DNA of 64,000 nt, taken from Halorutilales archaeon Cl-col2-1 (GTDB lineage: Archaea; Halobacteriota; Halobacteria; Halobacteriales; Afararchaeaceae). The position numbers were made by a program, and so were the translations under genes. Positions 20,001-28,936 of the stretch are shown piece by piece (the first letter of the stretch is position 1; each line of letters starts with the position of its first letter). The notes beneath the pieces are model-generated. The model searched no databases. It saw only the letters and a program-made list of their open reading frames with translations, and was not told the DNA's origin. The stretch lies in NCBI GenBank assembly GCA_041891055.1, contig CP169074.1:704001-768000 (forward strand), read 5' to 3'.

Positions 20001-20989
20001 AGCGTCGATTCGACTGCCTGGGAGAATCGCGTTATATCGGAATCGCTAACGCGGTCACCGACGACCGTTTCGAGCTGTTGTCCTGAGAGCTGGGCCGACT
20101 GATCTCCGGCGAGCAACCGCTTTGCAGCCGTATTCGCGAACTCGATATCACCTTGCTCGTCGAGGACGAACACGACGTCGTGGATGTTCTCCAGAATCGC
20201 GTCACTGCGCTCTAGCTTCAGTTCCCGTTCTCGCTCGGCAGTAATTTCGCGTGAAAAGACGGTCAGCCCGTCCTCGTCCGGGAACGCTCGCACTTCGACC
20301 CAGTAGCCGAACGGCTCTCCCAGCCGCTGTTCGAACGATACCGGTTCACCAGTCTCCATCGCCGTTCGATACTTGTCTTCGAGTTCCGTCCCGACGATCG
20401 ACGGGAACTCTTCCCAGATGGTTTCTCCGACAACCGCGTCCGGGTCACGTTCGACTCGCTCGGCCATCTTCTCGTTTATATACTCGATGCGCCAGTCGCT
20501 ATCGACGGCGTAAATCGCGTCAGTCGCGCGTTCGAGCGTTCGTCTGAAGCGCCGTTTCGTCTGCTCGGCCTCCGTGCGCTTGCGAGCAGCCCTCGTGAGT
20601 GTCCGGATGCGGGCCGCGAGCAGTGTGAAGTTATCACGCTCCGACCGGACTGGGATGTATTCCGAGACGCCGGCACGAGTCGCTTCGCTCGCGATCTCCT
20701 CACTCCCTTGTCCAGTAAAGAGGATTATCGGGATATCATCGTTCTGCTGGCGAATCGACTCCGTAAGCCCGATGCCGTTCGAATCGTCGAGCGAGTACGC
20801 CGTTACGATACAATCGATCCGGTCCGCAGCAAGATTGCGCAGTGCTTCGTCGATACCGTCGGCAGGTATATAGTCGATCTCGGTACTCGTTTGTTGGAGC
20901 TTGGTTTGAACCAACTCCGCGAACGCGGGATCGGAGTTCACGTAGAGGACGCGGATAGGATCGTCGAGTTCGTCAGTAGTACCGAGCAC
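17084..20989 (-). CDS. Hybrid sensor histidine kinase (pseudo-REC, ~5 PAS, 2 GAF, HisKA, HATPase)
   Basis: HDLRNPL H-box, FENLFRNA N-box, DTGSG and GTGFGL G-boxes; repeated PAS ends (DIT/DVT). Confidence 0.92.
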   Translation of the reverse strand: MLGTTDELDDPIRVLYVNSDPAFAELVQTKLQQTSTEIDYIPADGIDEALRNLAADRIDCIVTAYSLDDSNGIGLTESIRQQNDDIPIILFTGQGSEEIASEATRAGVSEYIPVRSERDNFTLLAARIRTLTRAARKRTEAEQTKRRFRRTLERATDAIYAVDSDWRIEYINEKMAERVERDPDAVVGETIWEEFPSIVGTELEDKYRTAMETGEPVSFEQRLGEPFGYWVEVRAFPDEDGLTVFSREITAERERELKLERSDAILENIHDVVFVLDEQGDIEFANTAAKRLLAGDQSAQLSGQQLETVVGDRVSDSDITRFSQAVESTLDEIESDGGSTGLYDADLQLDVVAGTSERTFDVRVTPFQSRKSKQVLVVARDVTEQSEVKRQLERERDALQDLQAVMAESDVSAESRLQNLLEVGCQTLGLEIGIVSRIQDSDYTVEAAHAPEADIEAGDQFNLESTYCAEVVGTDSVCSFVDAVSDGKETHPAYRDFELESYIGVPLVVDGTRYGTVNFSSPTTRVAPFGALERTFVELVAELVSAELSRRRDHTELERQGFLFDRVQDIADVGIWEFIPSSGELIWSDGVRQIHGVDEDYEPSLDDAIEFYHPDDRETITAAVDRAIEDGEPYDLDLRIVRTDGEVRHVRAWGEYVEDTPRGDAVLRGVFQDITEREAERHQYRELAEEYEALLETSGDAIFLLDVDTAGEDPSFKFARLSPGYETQTGLTTEEVRGKTPREVFGDEQGAELEANYTRCVEQRAPISYREELDIGEDARFWETSLAPVVVDGETVRVVGIARNVTEQVERERELEATNQRLESLIEATPLTVMEIDTDGTVIRWNDEAETMFGWSQDEVLGEFNPMVPDEQQEEFASHRQRVLNGERIRAKEIRRETKDGDELDLLLSVAPVTGPDGETTSILAVLEDITEQKRLEVRLRSLQDTAQSLSGAESSDEIGAIAVDAAAEILDLDVTGIWEYNERENALVPITETSAARDLFGESPRFTPGDSLAWDAFESGETQVYNDVQAEGQPHNPNTEIRSEILVPLGEYGLMSTGSVSTQVFSETDVDLFRILAATVEAALARASREEELHRQNERLDQFASVVAHDLRNPLSVAIGFLEIAEETGNAEHFEKVESAHDRIERLIEDLLTLARGETTIEDAEEIDLEDITTEAWGYVDTGEATLTVADGVPEVTGDAGRLTQLFENLFRNAVEHGGADVTVTVGGLDEANGFFVEDTGSGIPQEKQDDVFNHGVTSSDGGTGFGLSIVADIAKAHGWTVSVTDGSNGGARFEFKRSK

Positions 20990-21138
20990 AGTTACAGAGA
21001 TTTAACTCCCTAACTGGTTAAACATTTCCTGCGAGACACTCCGGGGAGCTATCAAGCTCTCTAATGACCAGACAAGTGCAATTCTCGGGGGTCGGTATGT
21101 CGGTCAATTTAAGGAAAAGGGACGGATATTCCACTAGT

Positions 21139-21510
21139 ATGCCTGCGGAAATTCTGGCTGCTGACGACGACGAAGATATCAGAGAAATGATCGATGTTAG
21201 TCTCAGTGGGGATTTTGACGTCGAGACTGTAAAAGATGGCCGAGAGGCATGGGAGTACTTAGAACAGTCCCCGGGTTCACTACCGAAAGCGGTCATTCTC
21301 GACGTCATGATGCCAGAGATGGACGGGTTTTCGGTTCTGGATCGCATCCGGGAGAACGACGAGATGCAGGATATTCAGGTTATTATACTGACATCTCGGA
21401 GTCGGGAGGAGGACATCGTTCGAGCGCTCGAGGCAGGCGCGGACGATTTCCTGGCGAAGCCCTTCAATAAATCCGAACTGTACGGACGTGTACAGCAAAC
21501 TCTCGAGTAA
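21139..21510 (+). CDS. Single-domain response regulator (REC)
   Basis: ADDD, LDVMMP, LTS, AKPF motifs. Confidence 0.92.
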   Translation: MPAEILAADDDEDIREMIDVSLSGDFDVETVKDGREAWEYLEQSPGSLPKAVILDVMMPEMDGFSVLDRIRENDEMQDIQVIILTSRSREEDIVRALEAGADDFLAKPFNKSELYGRVQQTLE

Positions 21511-21563
21511 GCGACCGTACAGAATTGAAACAGTAAAGGTGCATTAGCTGGTAGATAGTCACA

Positions 21564-22730
21564 ATGTGGGTGGCCACACTAGTCGCCGTGATCGGTCTCT
21601 TGAGCGTCGGGGCCATCACTCAGTTCACCGGGTATCGTATGGGAGGGTCAATCACCATTCCCGTTCTTGCCGTGTACTCTTTGAAGAACTTCGTCATGCT
21701 CCCCGTTTTTGTGTTGAGCGCGGCAGCCGCGTACGTCGGCCTGTGGATCCTCCGTCGTCGAACATTGATATTTGGTCGTGACGAGCTCATCGCAGCGATG
21801 GTCATCGGCACAACCGTTCCAGTAGTCACGCTCTTTTTCATCCTGCAATTAGGACTTGAGGTGGGAGTGGTTGCGTTTCTGGGAAGTATTCTCCCTGGAC
21901 TCGCAGCGTACAATTACCATCGAATCAAGCCGGAGTATCGCCGAAACGACCTCTTGGCGAGTATCGGGTTGTTCGTTACCCTCACTGCGCTCGGTTGGGT
22001 ACTGGTTTCCAATGGATATGCGCGTGAATTTGGTGCGCTGACGCCCCCAGTCCTCTTCTCTTCGACTGCAGACGTCGCTAGTTTCAAAGGTGTTGCAGTG
22101 TCACTCGATCCCGAATCTGTCATACTCCCTCGAGAAATCGTGGCCGGACTGTTCGCTGGTGGGCTCGTTCTCTCTGAACGGCTCCGGGATCGGTTCGGTG
22201 TTCGTGTCGGGATCGTCGGTGCGGTCCTCCTCGCGATTTATGCGCTAGCGAGCTATTGGCTCGTGATTCTGTACGTCATTTTGCTTGCGCTATCGTTCGG
22301 CTTCATCCAGTTGTCGAACTACCTCACACTCCGGTACGGACGAGTCCTTCTCGGAGTGACTGTCGCAGTCGCGATCTTCGCTACAGTATCGCTGACGTTT
22401 GTCTTACCGATTGAGCGAGGACTGTCGGCGTTCTTTACTGCGATTTTGGCAGGTGTCGGGGCGTACAACGCGCATGCGTCAGCACCATTCGAGCGCCGCC
22501 TCGTCGTCCCGCTTCAGATCGTGGTCTTTGTCCCCGCTTTGATCGTCGCTCGACTGTTCAGTGCTCTCCAACCTCGTGGGTTTCCACAAGAGCTGACGTT
22601 GCCTGTCCTGGGGATTGCAGCGGTTCTCTGGGTGGCTGCCCTGGGTGTCGCGTACTGGTATACTGTGTCACCCCCGGGTGAAGATGAGGTTCTCTCTGCG
22701 TCGGTTCTCTCTGAAGGGGGTGAAACATGA
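21564..22730 (+). CDS. capC: Poly-gamma-glutamate synthesis protein CapC/PgsC-like (duplicated domain)
   Basis: Multi-TM; GYRMGG..IPVLAVY, IFGR, GSILPGLAAY motifs repeated in the second half (YGR). Confidence 0.75.
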   Translation: MWVATLVAVIGLLSVGAITQFTGYRMGGSITIPVLAVYSLKNFVMLPVFVLSAAAAYVGLWILRRRTLIFGRDELIAAMVIGTTVPVVTLFFILQLGLEVGVVAFLGSILPGLAAYNYHRIKPEYRRNDLLASIGLFVTLTALGWVLVSNGYAREFGALTPPVLFSSTADVASFKGVAVSLDPESVILPREIVAGLFAGGLVLSERLRDRFGVRVGIVGAVLLAIYALASYWLVILYVILLALSFGFIQLSNYLTLRYGRVLLGVTVAVAIFATVSLTFVLPIERGLSAFFTAILAGVGAYNAHASAPFERRLVVPLQIVVFVPALIVARLFSALQPRGFPQELTLPVLGIAAVLWVAALGVAYWYTVSPPGEDEVLSASVLSEGGET

Positions 22731-24367
22731 GTCGGACTGCCTTCGAGATCTACGGCCGTGGGTTCGGCTGGTCGTGGCGTCTTAGGGGCCCAGCGGAGGT
22801 ACTAGCAACCGGCAGCCGCCACTACGACACATCCCGAGCAGCACGCGAAGCAATTGATCTCGTTCGCGCCGCTGTTACAGAACTATCGGGGAACGAAGAG
22901 TCCTTCCCAGACACCGACGTCGACGCCCCCGACATCATCGTCGAACGAGAGGCCACACCGTCGGGAGAACTCCCGGAAGAACGAAACAACTGGGTCTGGC
23001 GGCTCCAAACTGCAAACGGGGTACTGGGACATAGTGCCGATCGCTTCCCGACGGAAGTGGCAGCACAGTCCGCGGCGGACCAGTTCCTCGACTATGCGGC
23101 GGGGGCGCTGCCGATGTTCTTGGTTGGGGCGGAGTACGAGTGGAAGACCGGCCCGAAGCCAATCGAAGTCGGCTCGTCGAGTTTGACAGGACTGGTCAGT
23201 GAAATAACGAGAGGTATTCGACATCGTAAGGTCCTCGATCAGATCGATACCCAGATTGTCGTCTCGGGGACTCGCGGTAAATCCTCAACCACCCAACGGC
23301 TCGACGACGTCTTCAACCGCCGAGGGTACGACACGCTCACGAAGATCACCGGCAACCATCCACTACTGATCCACAACGGCGAGGTCCATCCTATCGAACG
23401 ACGGGGGCCTCGAACGACGCTCTACGAGAATATCAGTCTCATCGCTGAGTTCGTCCCCGAACTCGATGCGTACGAGCCGGACGACGTCGCTATCTTCGAG
23501 AATCAGGGTATCACAGAATACACGACCCGGCTGTTCAACCAGCGTCTGACCGATCCGGACATCATCGTGTTAACAAACGTCCGTCAGGACCACACAGATA
23601 CCCTTGGAAAGACCAGGACAGACCTTGCACGTTCGTTTGCGCGGTCGGTCCCAGCGGGAACACACGTTGTGAGCGGCGAGCAACACCCGGTGTTGCACGA
23701 ATATATGCAAAAAGAGATCGAACGCCGCGGAGGGACTATCGAGCAGGTTGATATTCCCGACGAACACGAAGGGCTAATCGGTTCTGAAACGATCCACGCA
23801 GTCAATGTGGTGTTAGATGTTGTTGGCGAACCGCCACTTCCAGCCGAGGAGATCGAATCGTTCCTCAGTGCGATCCAACCAACGTGGATAGAACTTGAAG
23901 ACGGACTCATCTTCAACGCTGCCGAGGTGAACGACGTCGAAAGTACTGAGATGGTTCGACGGGTGCTCGTCGATGACGAATGTATCACCCCGTTCGTGTA
24001 CCTCCGAAGAGACCGGCGGGGGCGTACAGCGTCATTTGCTCAATATATCGAGTTGCTATTCGAGCGAGAGTTAATCGATGAAGCTCACATCGGTGGGGCT
24101 AACACACGCGCATTCGCCGAAAACGTCGATGTTCCAACCAAGTGCCACAGTCAAAATGCGGACCCAGAGCAGGTTCTAACTGAACTGTTCACCGATGGCC
24201 GACCGGTCATCCTCATGGGTAACACGGTGGACGAGTTTATGCGTGAGATGCAGGCGTCGATTGAACAACGAGTGAAAGAGAAAAGACAGGCTGCCTCGGC
24301 AAGCGAAGCTGTTGACATTTCTGAACAGGGGAGCGCGGAAGCGACTAAACCAAAAGATCACGAATAA
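22727..24367 (+). CDS. capB: CapB/PgsB-like Mur ligase with tandem N-terminal DUF1508/YegP-like domains
   Basis: SGTRGKSST, KITG, TNVRQDH, NAAEVNDVES, RRDR, LMGN; two W-x-WRL repeats at the N-terminus. Confidence 0.8.
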   Translation: MSRTAFEIYGRGFGWSWRLRGPAEVLATGSRHYDTSRAAREAIDLVRAAVTELSGNEESFPDTDVDAPDIIVEREATPSGELPEERNNWVWRLQTANGVLGHSADRFPTEVAAQSAADQFLDYAAGALPMFLVGAEYEWKTGPKPIEVGSSSLTGLVSEITRGIRHRKVLDQIDTQIVVSGTRGKSSTTQRLDDVFNRRGYDTLTKITGNHPLLIHNGEVHPIERRGPRTTLYENISLIAEFVPELDAYEPDDVAIFENQGITEYTTRLFNQRLTDPDIIVLTNVRQDHTDTLGKTRTDLARSFARSVPAGTHVVSGEQHPVLHEYMQKEIERRGGTIEQVDIPDEHEGLIGSETIHAVNVVLDVVGEPPLPAEEIESFLSAIQPTWIELEDGLIFNAAEVNDVESTEMVRRVLVDDECITPFVYLRRDRRGRTASFAQYIELLFERELIDEAHIGGANTRAFAENVDVPTKCHSQNADPEQVLTELFTDGRPVILMGNTVDEFMREMQASIEQRVKEKRQAASASEAVDISEQGSAEATKPKDHE

Positions 24368-24446
24368 AACGTCAGCTTCTGTAAGAAGCGGGCCTTTTCG
24401 TTAGATGTAGACGTGTTCTTGAGGGGGCCAGAACGATTGTCCGGTA

Positions 24447-26120
24447 GTGGCCATTACTACTGAATCTCGGAGAACCGTCTTTCGACAAATTGCACGACTG
24501 TCGTACGTTGAGTGGCCAGCGTACGATTCGACACCGTTGTACGACCGCACCTCACTTACCGGATTAGAGTCGGATGTCCGGATCGTCTCAGGAGCTTGGT
24601 TCACGCACCATGAGCACATCTCTGTTGAGCAGTTCGTCTCCGAACTTCCGCTGGCCTACTTCCAATTCGAGGCCCACGACTGCTACGAGGATCCGACACA
24701 CTACGAGATGGACACCCTGTTTCGCGTGTTCGTTCTGAAAGAACTTCACGGATGGGAGCACGAAACAGCACTCTACGAGTACCTCGAAAGTCATCCGGAA
24801 CTTTGCGAGCGGCTTGGGCTGGAGACAGTGCCTGACCAATCGACACTCTGGCGCAGTTGGCACACACGCTTCACTGATGAGTTTCGCGAGACGATCCAGA
24901 AAGCGGCTCGAACGATCCTCATCAAAGCGCAGAACGCCGACGTCACCGTCCCCCGCGAACCGGAGCAGATTCTCCCAGCTCGTGATGACGTGGACGAATC
25001 GGTTCCAGACGATCGAGCCATTCTGGACAACGCCGATAGAGTCACCAAGCACGTCAGCCGTGTCGTCTTTCCCGCGTTCTCTCTGGATCGTGGCGACAGC
25101 TGTGAGATCCACGAGAACGCCTACTGGGACTTACAAACGTACCTCGGACTTCGCGAGCGGCTGGCTGCAAACGAAGGTGCTCGTAGTTTCCTCTACGAGT
25201 CGACTCGGGATCGGACACCGCTGGGGCACGCCCATCGCGAGCAGATTCGGGACCTCTCGATTGAACAGATTCGAGCGATGTACCGGCAGGCCATCACTCG
25301 GCTCCTGAACGAAGTTGCGGAGACAGAGCAGTTCTTTCGAGCCGGAGTTGTCGCAATCGATATTACCGAAGCTGACCCGTTCACCGGCGATAGAACGGGC
25401 TACGAAGACGAGATCATCGGGACGAAAGAGAAGACTGACGAGTACGCCTATCAGTGGGCGACGGTCCAGTTAGTCGGCAATGCCGTTCCGCTCGTGCTTG
25501 ACGCACGACCGGTTCGACGAGGAGAGTCACGCAAGGAAATCGTCGAGGACTTGCTGGATTCGGCTGAGGACCTCGTTCACGTCGATAACGTGCTGATGGA
25601 CCGGGAGTTCGATAGCCAGCACGTTCTGGAGATGATCAGCCAGTGCGGGCTCTCATACGTCGTCCCGAAACGGATGCAGACCAGCGAGAAAGCCCAGGCC
25701 AAGCGATTGCTCCAGCGCGATCAAGACCGGTATGAAACCGACCGGAAGCTCCACCTTGGCAAGAACGAGTGGCACGAGAAGACGCTAATCTACCGCCGGA
25801 AAGAGGAATCCGAGCACGACGATCACCGGCAGTATTCGGTGTTCATGACGAATCGGGGGAGCGGACACCTTACGGAGTACGGCTACCGGTGGGAAATCGA
25901 GAGCGGCTACAGATCGATCAAACGGTTCATGGCTGCCACCACGTCGAAGGATTTCGGGCTGCGATTCTTCTACTTCGCGTTCGCGTGTCTGCTGTACTCG
26001 ATCTGGCGGGCTGTCGATCTGCTCGTGCAGGTTGAGTTGACTGGTGAGTACGAGCACTCGCCGATGGTGACGGCAGATAACACACTGACACTGCTGAAGA
26101 AGGAGACTGGAATCGGATAG
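24447..26120 (+). CDS. Long IS4-superfamily/ISH3-like DDE transposase
   Basis: AIDIT, MDREF, YRWEIESGYRSIK triad; N-terminal VPDQSTLWR domain. Confidence 0.85.
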   Translation: MAITTESRRTVFRQIARLSYVEWPAYDSTPLYDRTSLTGLESDVRIVSGAWFTHHEHISVEQFVSELPLAYFQFEAHDCYEDPTHYEMDTLFRVFVLKELHGWEHETALYEYLESHPELCERLGLETVPDQSTLWRSWHTRFTDEFRETIQKAARTILIKAQNADVTVPREPEQILPARDDVDESVPDDRAILDNADRVTKHVSRVVFPAFSLDRGDSCEIHENAYWDLQTYLGLRERLAANEGARSFLYESTRDRTPLGHAHREQIRDLSIEQIRAMYRQAITRLLNEVAETEQFFRAGVVAIDITEADPFTGDRTGYEDEIIGTKEKTDEYAYQWATVQLVGNAVPLVLDARPVRRGESRKEIVEDLLDSAEDLVHVDNVLMDREFDSQHVLEMISQCGLSYVVPKRMQTSEKAQAKRLLQRDQDRYETDRKLHLGKNEWHEKTLIYRRKEESEHDDHRQYSVFMTNRGSGHLTEYGYRWEIESGYRSIKRFMAATTSKDFGLRFFYFAFACLLYSIWRAVDLLVQVELTGEYEHSPMVTADNTLTLLKKETGIG

Positions 26121-26364
26121 AGAGACACTCAGTCTGGGTTAGCGCGCTGTCTGAGTGGCTACACTGTTGGATGTCTCGAAAATTCGCCCTTACGGTTGTA
26201 AATGTGACAAGAATGCCGCTTGGAGAGAGAATTGAGGTAGTTTCTGCTGACTAACTCGGCAAAATCCACGCATTACAACCCTGCTATACCTGTTGTAGTC
26301 TCAACTTCCCTATTGTTGAACAAATCCATGATGAGGTCGAATAACGACGATACTGACAGTGATG

Positions 26365-27093
26365 CTAAACCGACTTCGTGTTATTGACAGCGTCTTCTAG
26401 CAGACTCAGAAAATCATTATCGTATCGCTCGTCGACGTGATTCACATTCCAAAGACCGGATTCCCGAATCTCTCGACTACAACTGTATCGACCGAGCCAT
26501 CCATCGGCTCGCGAGTCAATTGTTTGCCCATCGAAATTGCTGAGGAGGGCAATAACATTCCGTTCGAGGTACGCTCGGTCGCTGTCAGCACTCGGTTCGT
26601 CGTCGAGATTCACCCAGAGAAACGGCTGTTCGCGGATGTACGCACTCACTCGTCGTTCGAGGATATACTCCTCCTCACGGACTTCTGACCGCTCACGCTC
26701 AATGCTTGACCAGCGTTTGTCCCAGTCGGGGTAGTCGTCGTGCAGGTCGTGCTTCTCGATAATCGCCTCTCCGACGCGCTTACGATATACAGAACCGCGA
26801 TGAGCGCCCCCATGAGGATGGTTGGAACTCCCGCTGCCTGTTCCGTAGTGTTGTTTCAGCCTATCCCAGAGCTATGTGCTGCTCCCCGCAGACACCGCGT
26901 GTGTCCCCACGCGAGTAACGCGCAACTGGTCAGTCGAGGCGCGTGTTTCGCCCGGTTCGAGGAAGAAGTAGACGCCGCGGTCAGGCCAGTCCATGTACCC
27001 GGTGCAATTTTTGAGTTTCCGTGTACCGTCGACTCGTTTCTCGAGGTCGTCGAGTAACCCATAGAAGCGGTCGAGGTCATCCTGACGGGCCAT
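26365..27093 (-). pseudogene. GIY-YIG-like nuclease gene with one in-frame TAG
   Basis: GVYFF...RVG...LWDRLKQH; the two track ORFs share one frame, broken only by TAG at 26872-26874. Confidence 0.75.
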
Positions 27094-27146
27094 ATGGTAG
27101 AACGTGCGAACCTTGATACTTCGAGGTTTGGAACAATCGTAGCAAT

Positions 27147-28157
27147 ATGGTTGAGCAAGCGTTCATGGTTCGCGCCGGGAACGATAACGAATTAGTCGAG
27201 GAATTCGAGTCGCGTTCTCTGGTCGCGGTTGGATGGGAGGACCTGGGGGACGTATCCGATGTCCGTTCATACGAGGAGATGAAAGCCCGATTCAATTCGA
27301 CCGACGAGTATTCCGAGCACAATAGCCGGCGTATCGCCCAGAGCGCGGGGCAGGTGAATCGATTTGCGTTTGAGATGGAAGAGGGGCATCTGGTTCTGAG
27401 CTACGACAAGACGGAACGCGAGTATCTCATCGGTGAGGTCATGAGTGACTACGAGTGGAAACCGAGCGACCACCCGCCAGGATATCCACACGTCAGGCGT
27501 GTCGACTGGAAGGATACTGTCTCTCGTGACGAGTTCACGACCTCGACGAAGAACACACTCGGGAGTACGCTAACGGTGTTCTCGCTCGACGACTGTATTG
27601 ATGAAATCACGGGCGTTCTAAGCGGGGAGACGCCCGATGAGAGCGAGGAGGAAGAGGACACCGTCCCATTCGTCGACGAGGTAGAGAACCAAGCAGACGA
27701 ACTCATCTCTGACATTCTGGCGAACATGAACCCGTTCGTCTTCGAGGAGTTGGTCGCCGCAGTCCTACGAGCGATGGGATACCACGCGAAGAAGACACGG
27801 GACAGCCAAGACCGAGGCATTGACGTGGTCGCTCATCCAGACTCGTTAGAGTTCGAATCGCCATACATCAAAGCGCAGGTCAAGAGGCAGCAATCGAAAG
27901 TGGGTTCTCCCGAGATGCAACAGTTCAGCGGAGCACTCGGGAATGGGGAACGAGGTTTGTTCGTGTCTACTGGAGGATACACCAGCGGAGCAAGGAGCGA
28001 GGCACAGAACGCCGAACAGCGGGTTACACTCATCGACCGGGACGAATTCATTGACCTCCTGATTCAGGACTACGACGACCTCGAATCCGAGTATCAGGCG
28101 ACGGTGCCGTTGAAACAGGTCTACATTCACTCGCAGGATCCTCCTCTTGAGGAATAA
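27147..28157 (+). CDS. mrr: Mrr-family restriction endonuclease with N-terminal PUA/EVE-like domain
   Basis: MVRAG...VGW N-domain; FEELVA, DRGID, AQVK, GLFVSTGGY. Confidence 0.85.
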   Translation: MVEQAFMVRAGNDNELVEEFESRSLVAVGWEDLGDVSDVRSYEEMKARFNSTDEYSEHNSRRIAQSAGQVNRFAFEMEEGHLVLSYDKTEREYLIGEVMSDYEWKPSDHPPGYPHVRRVDWKDTVSRDEFTTSTKNTLGSTLTVFSLDDCIDEITGVLSGETPDESEEEEDTVPFVDEVENQADELISDILANMNPFVFEELVAAVLRAMGYHAKKTRDSQDRGIDVVAHPDSLEFESPYIKAQVKRQQSKVGSPEMQQFSGALGNGERGLFVSTGGYTSGARSEAQNAEQRVTLIDRDEFIDLLIQDYDDLESEYQATVPLKQVYIHSQDPPLEE

Positions 28158-28186
28158 GATAATTCGACTATGATCGACGATAGCAG

Positions 28187-28834
28187 CTAAAAGAACTCGT
28201 TCATGATTCGGGTTCGCTCAGGAGAATCGATATTGTTGAAATGTTCTGTGTCAAGATGTTGTCCTGCATTCCATAAGTTCCCTAGGTTTGACGAGACTTC
28301 GTACTGGTCAACTGTATCTACATCTACGACGAATACTGATATCTGACTATTCGGAGTCACAATTAGTATGCCCTCCTCAATGCCTGTATCGTCTGGAAAT
28401 CCAGATATGTGATATGCCCCTTGTCGAAAGTCCTCGCCGGTCATCCCGAACTCGAATGCGATAAGAGAGTCGCCCTGTAGTTCCCCGAAAGGATTGAGAT
28501 ACTTAAACAGAGTATGAAGACGTCCTTGGTTTTCTTTGATTCTTACTCGGTCAGGGGTCAAGCGTGCTGAATAGCCCGTACCCGTGAAGTCGTCTAACTC
28601 ATATGCTCGAGACCCACCAATTACCTCGTCTATTTTCTGCTCTCGTTCAAATCGTGAATCAAGAACAGAATTCCGATGAGAAATATACTGAAGAACCAAA
28701 GACACCGTCGCAACAAAAATTGGTGCTGCTAGAAGTGCGGTTTCTGCACTAATACTTGTGAGACCTGAAAACAGCCCTGAGACGAATTGAAATATCTGCT
28801 CACAGACCATACATATGAAGAAAGCACAACCCAA
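28187..28834 (-). CDS. Hypothetical membrane-anchored protein
   Basis: Long ORF in AT-rich sequence with an N-terminal hydrophobic helix; start uncertain. Confidence 0.55.
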   Translation of the reverse strand: MGCAFFICMVCEQIFQFVSGLFSGLTSISAETALLAAPIFVATVSLVLQYISHRNSVLDSRFEREQKIDEVIGGSRAYELDDFTGTGYSARLTPDRVRIKENQGRLHTLFKYLNPFGELQGDSLIAFEFGMTGEDFRQGAYHISGFPDDTGIEEGILIVTPNSQISVFVVDVDTVDQYEVSSNLGNLWNAGQHLDTEHFNNIDSPERTRIMNEFF

Positions 28835-28936
28835 CTCTACTTACCATTGTCTCTCTCGATGGGACAAACAGAATTACGGACTGAGCGTACTCTATAGCCG
28901 CGCTAAACACATTCACTATGGATAGATTGTGAGTCG

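Larger units (their letters stand above)
17018..26310. mobile_element. 9.3 kb cargo transposon (kinase, RR, capC, capB, DDE transposase)
   Basis: 7-bp TSD TATTGTT at 17011-17017 and 26311-26317; imperfect TIRs CTGCAGTTGAGACT / AGTCTCAACTTCCC. Confidence 0.8.

Noticed and set aside
24371-24390. GTCAGCTTCTGTAAGAAG as left TIR of a stand-alone IS
   Set aside because: No convincing matching right TIR or TSD; the ends at 17018 and 26310 explain the structure better.
26872-26874. Pyrrolysine or programmed readthrough at the in-frame TAG
   Set aside because: No pyl genes in the window and not expected in haloarchaea; a TCG to TAG point mutation is simpler.
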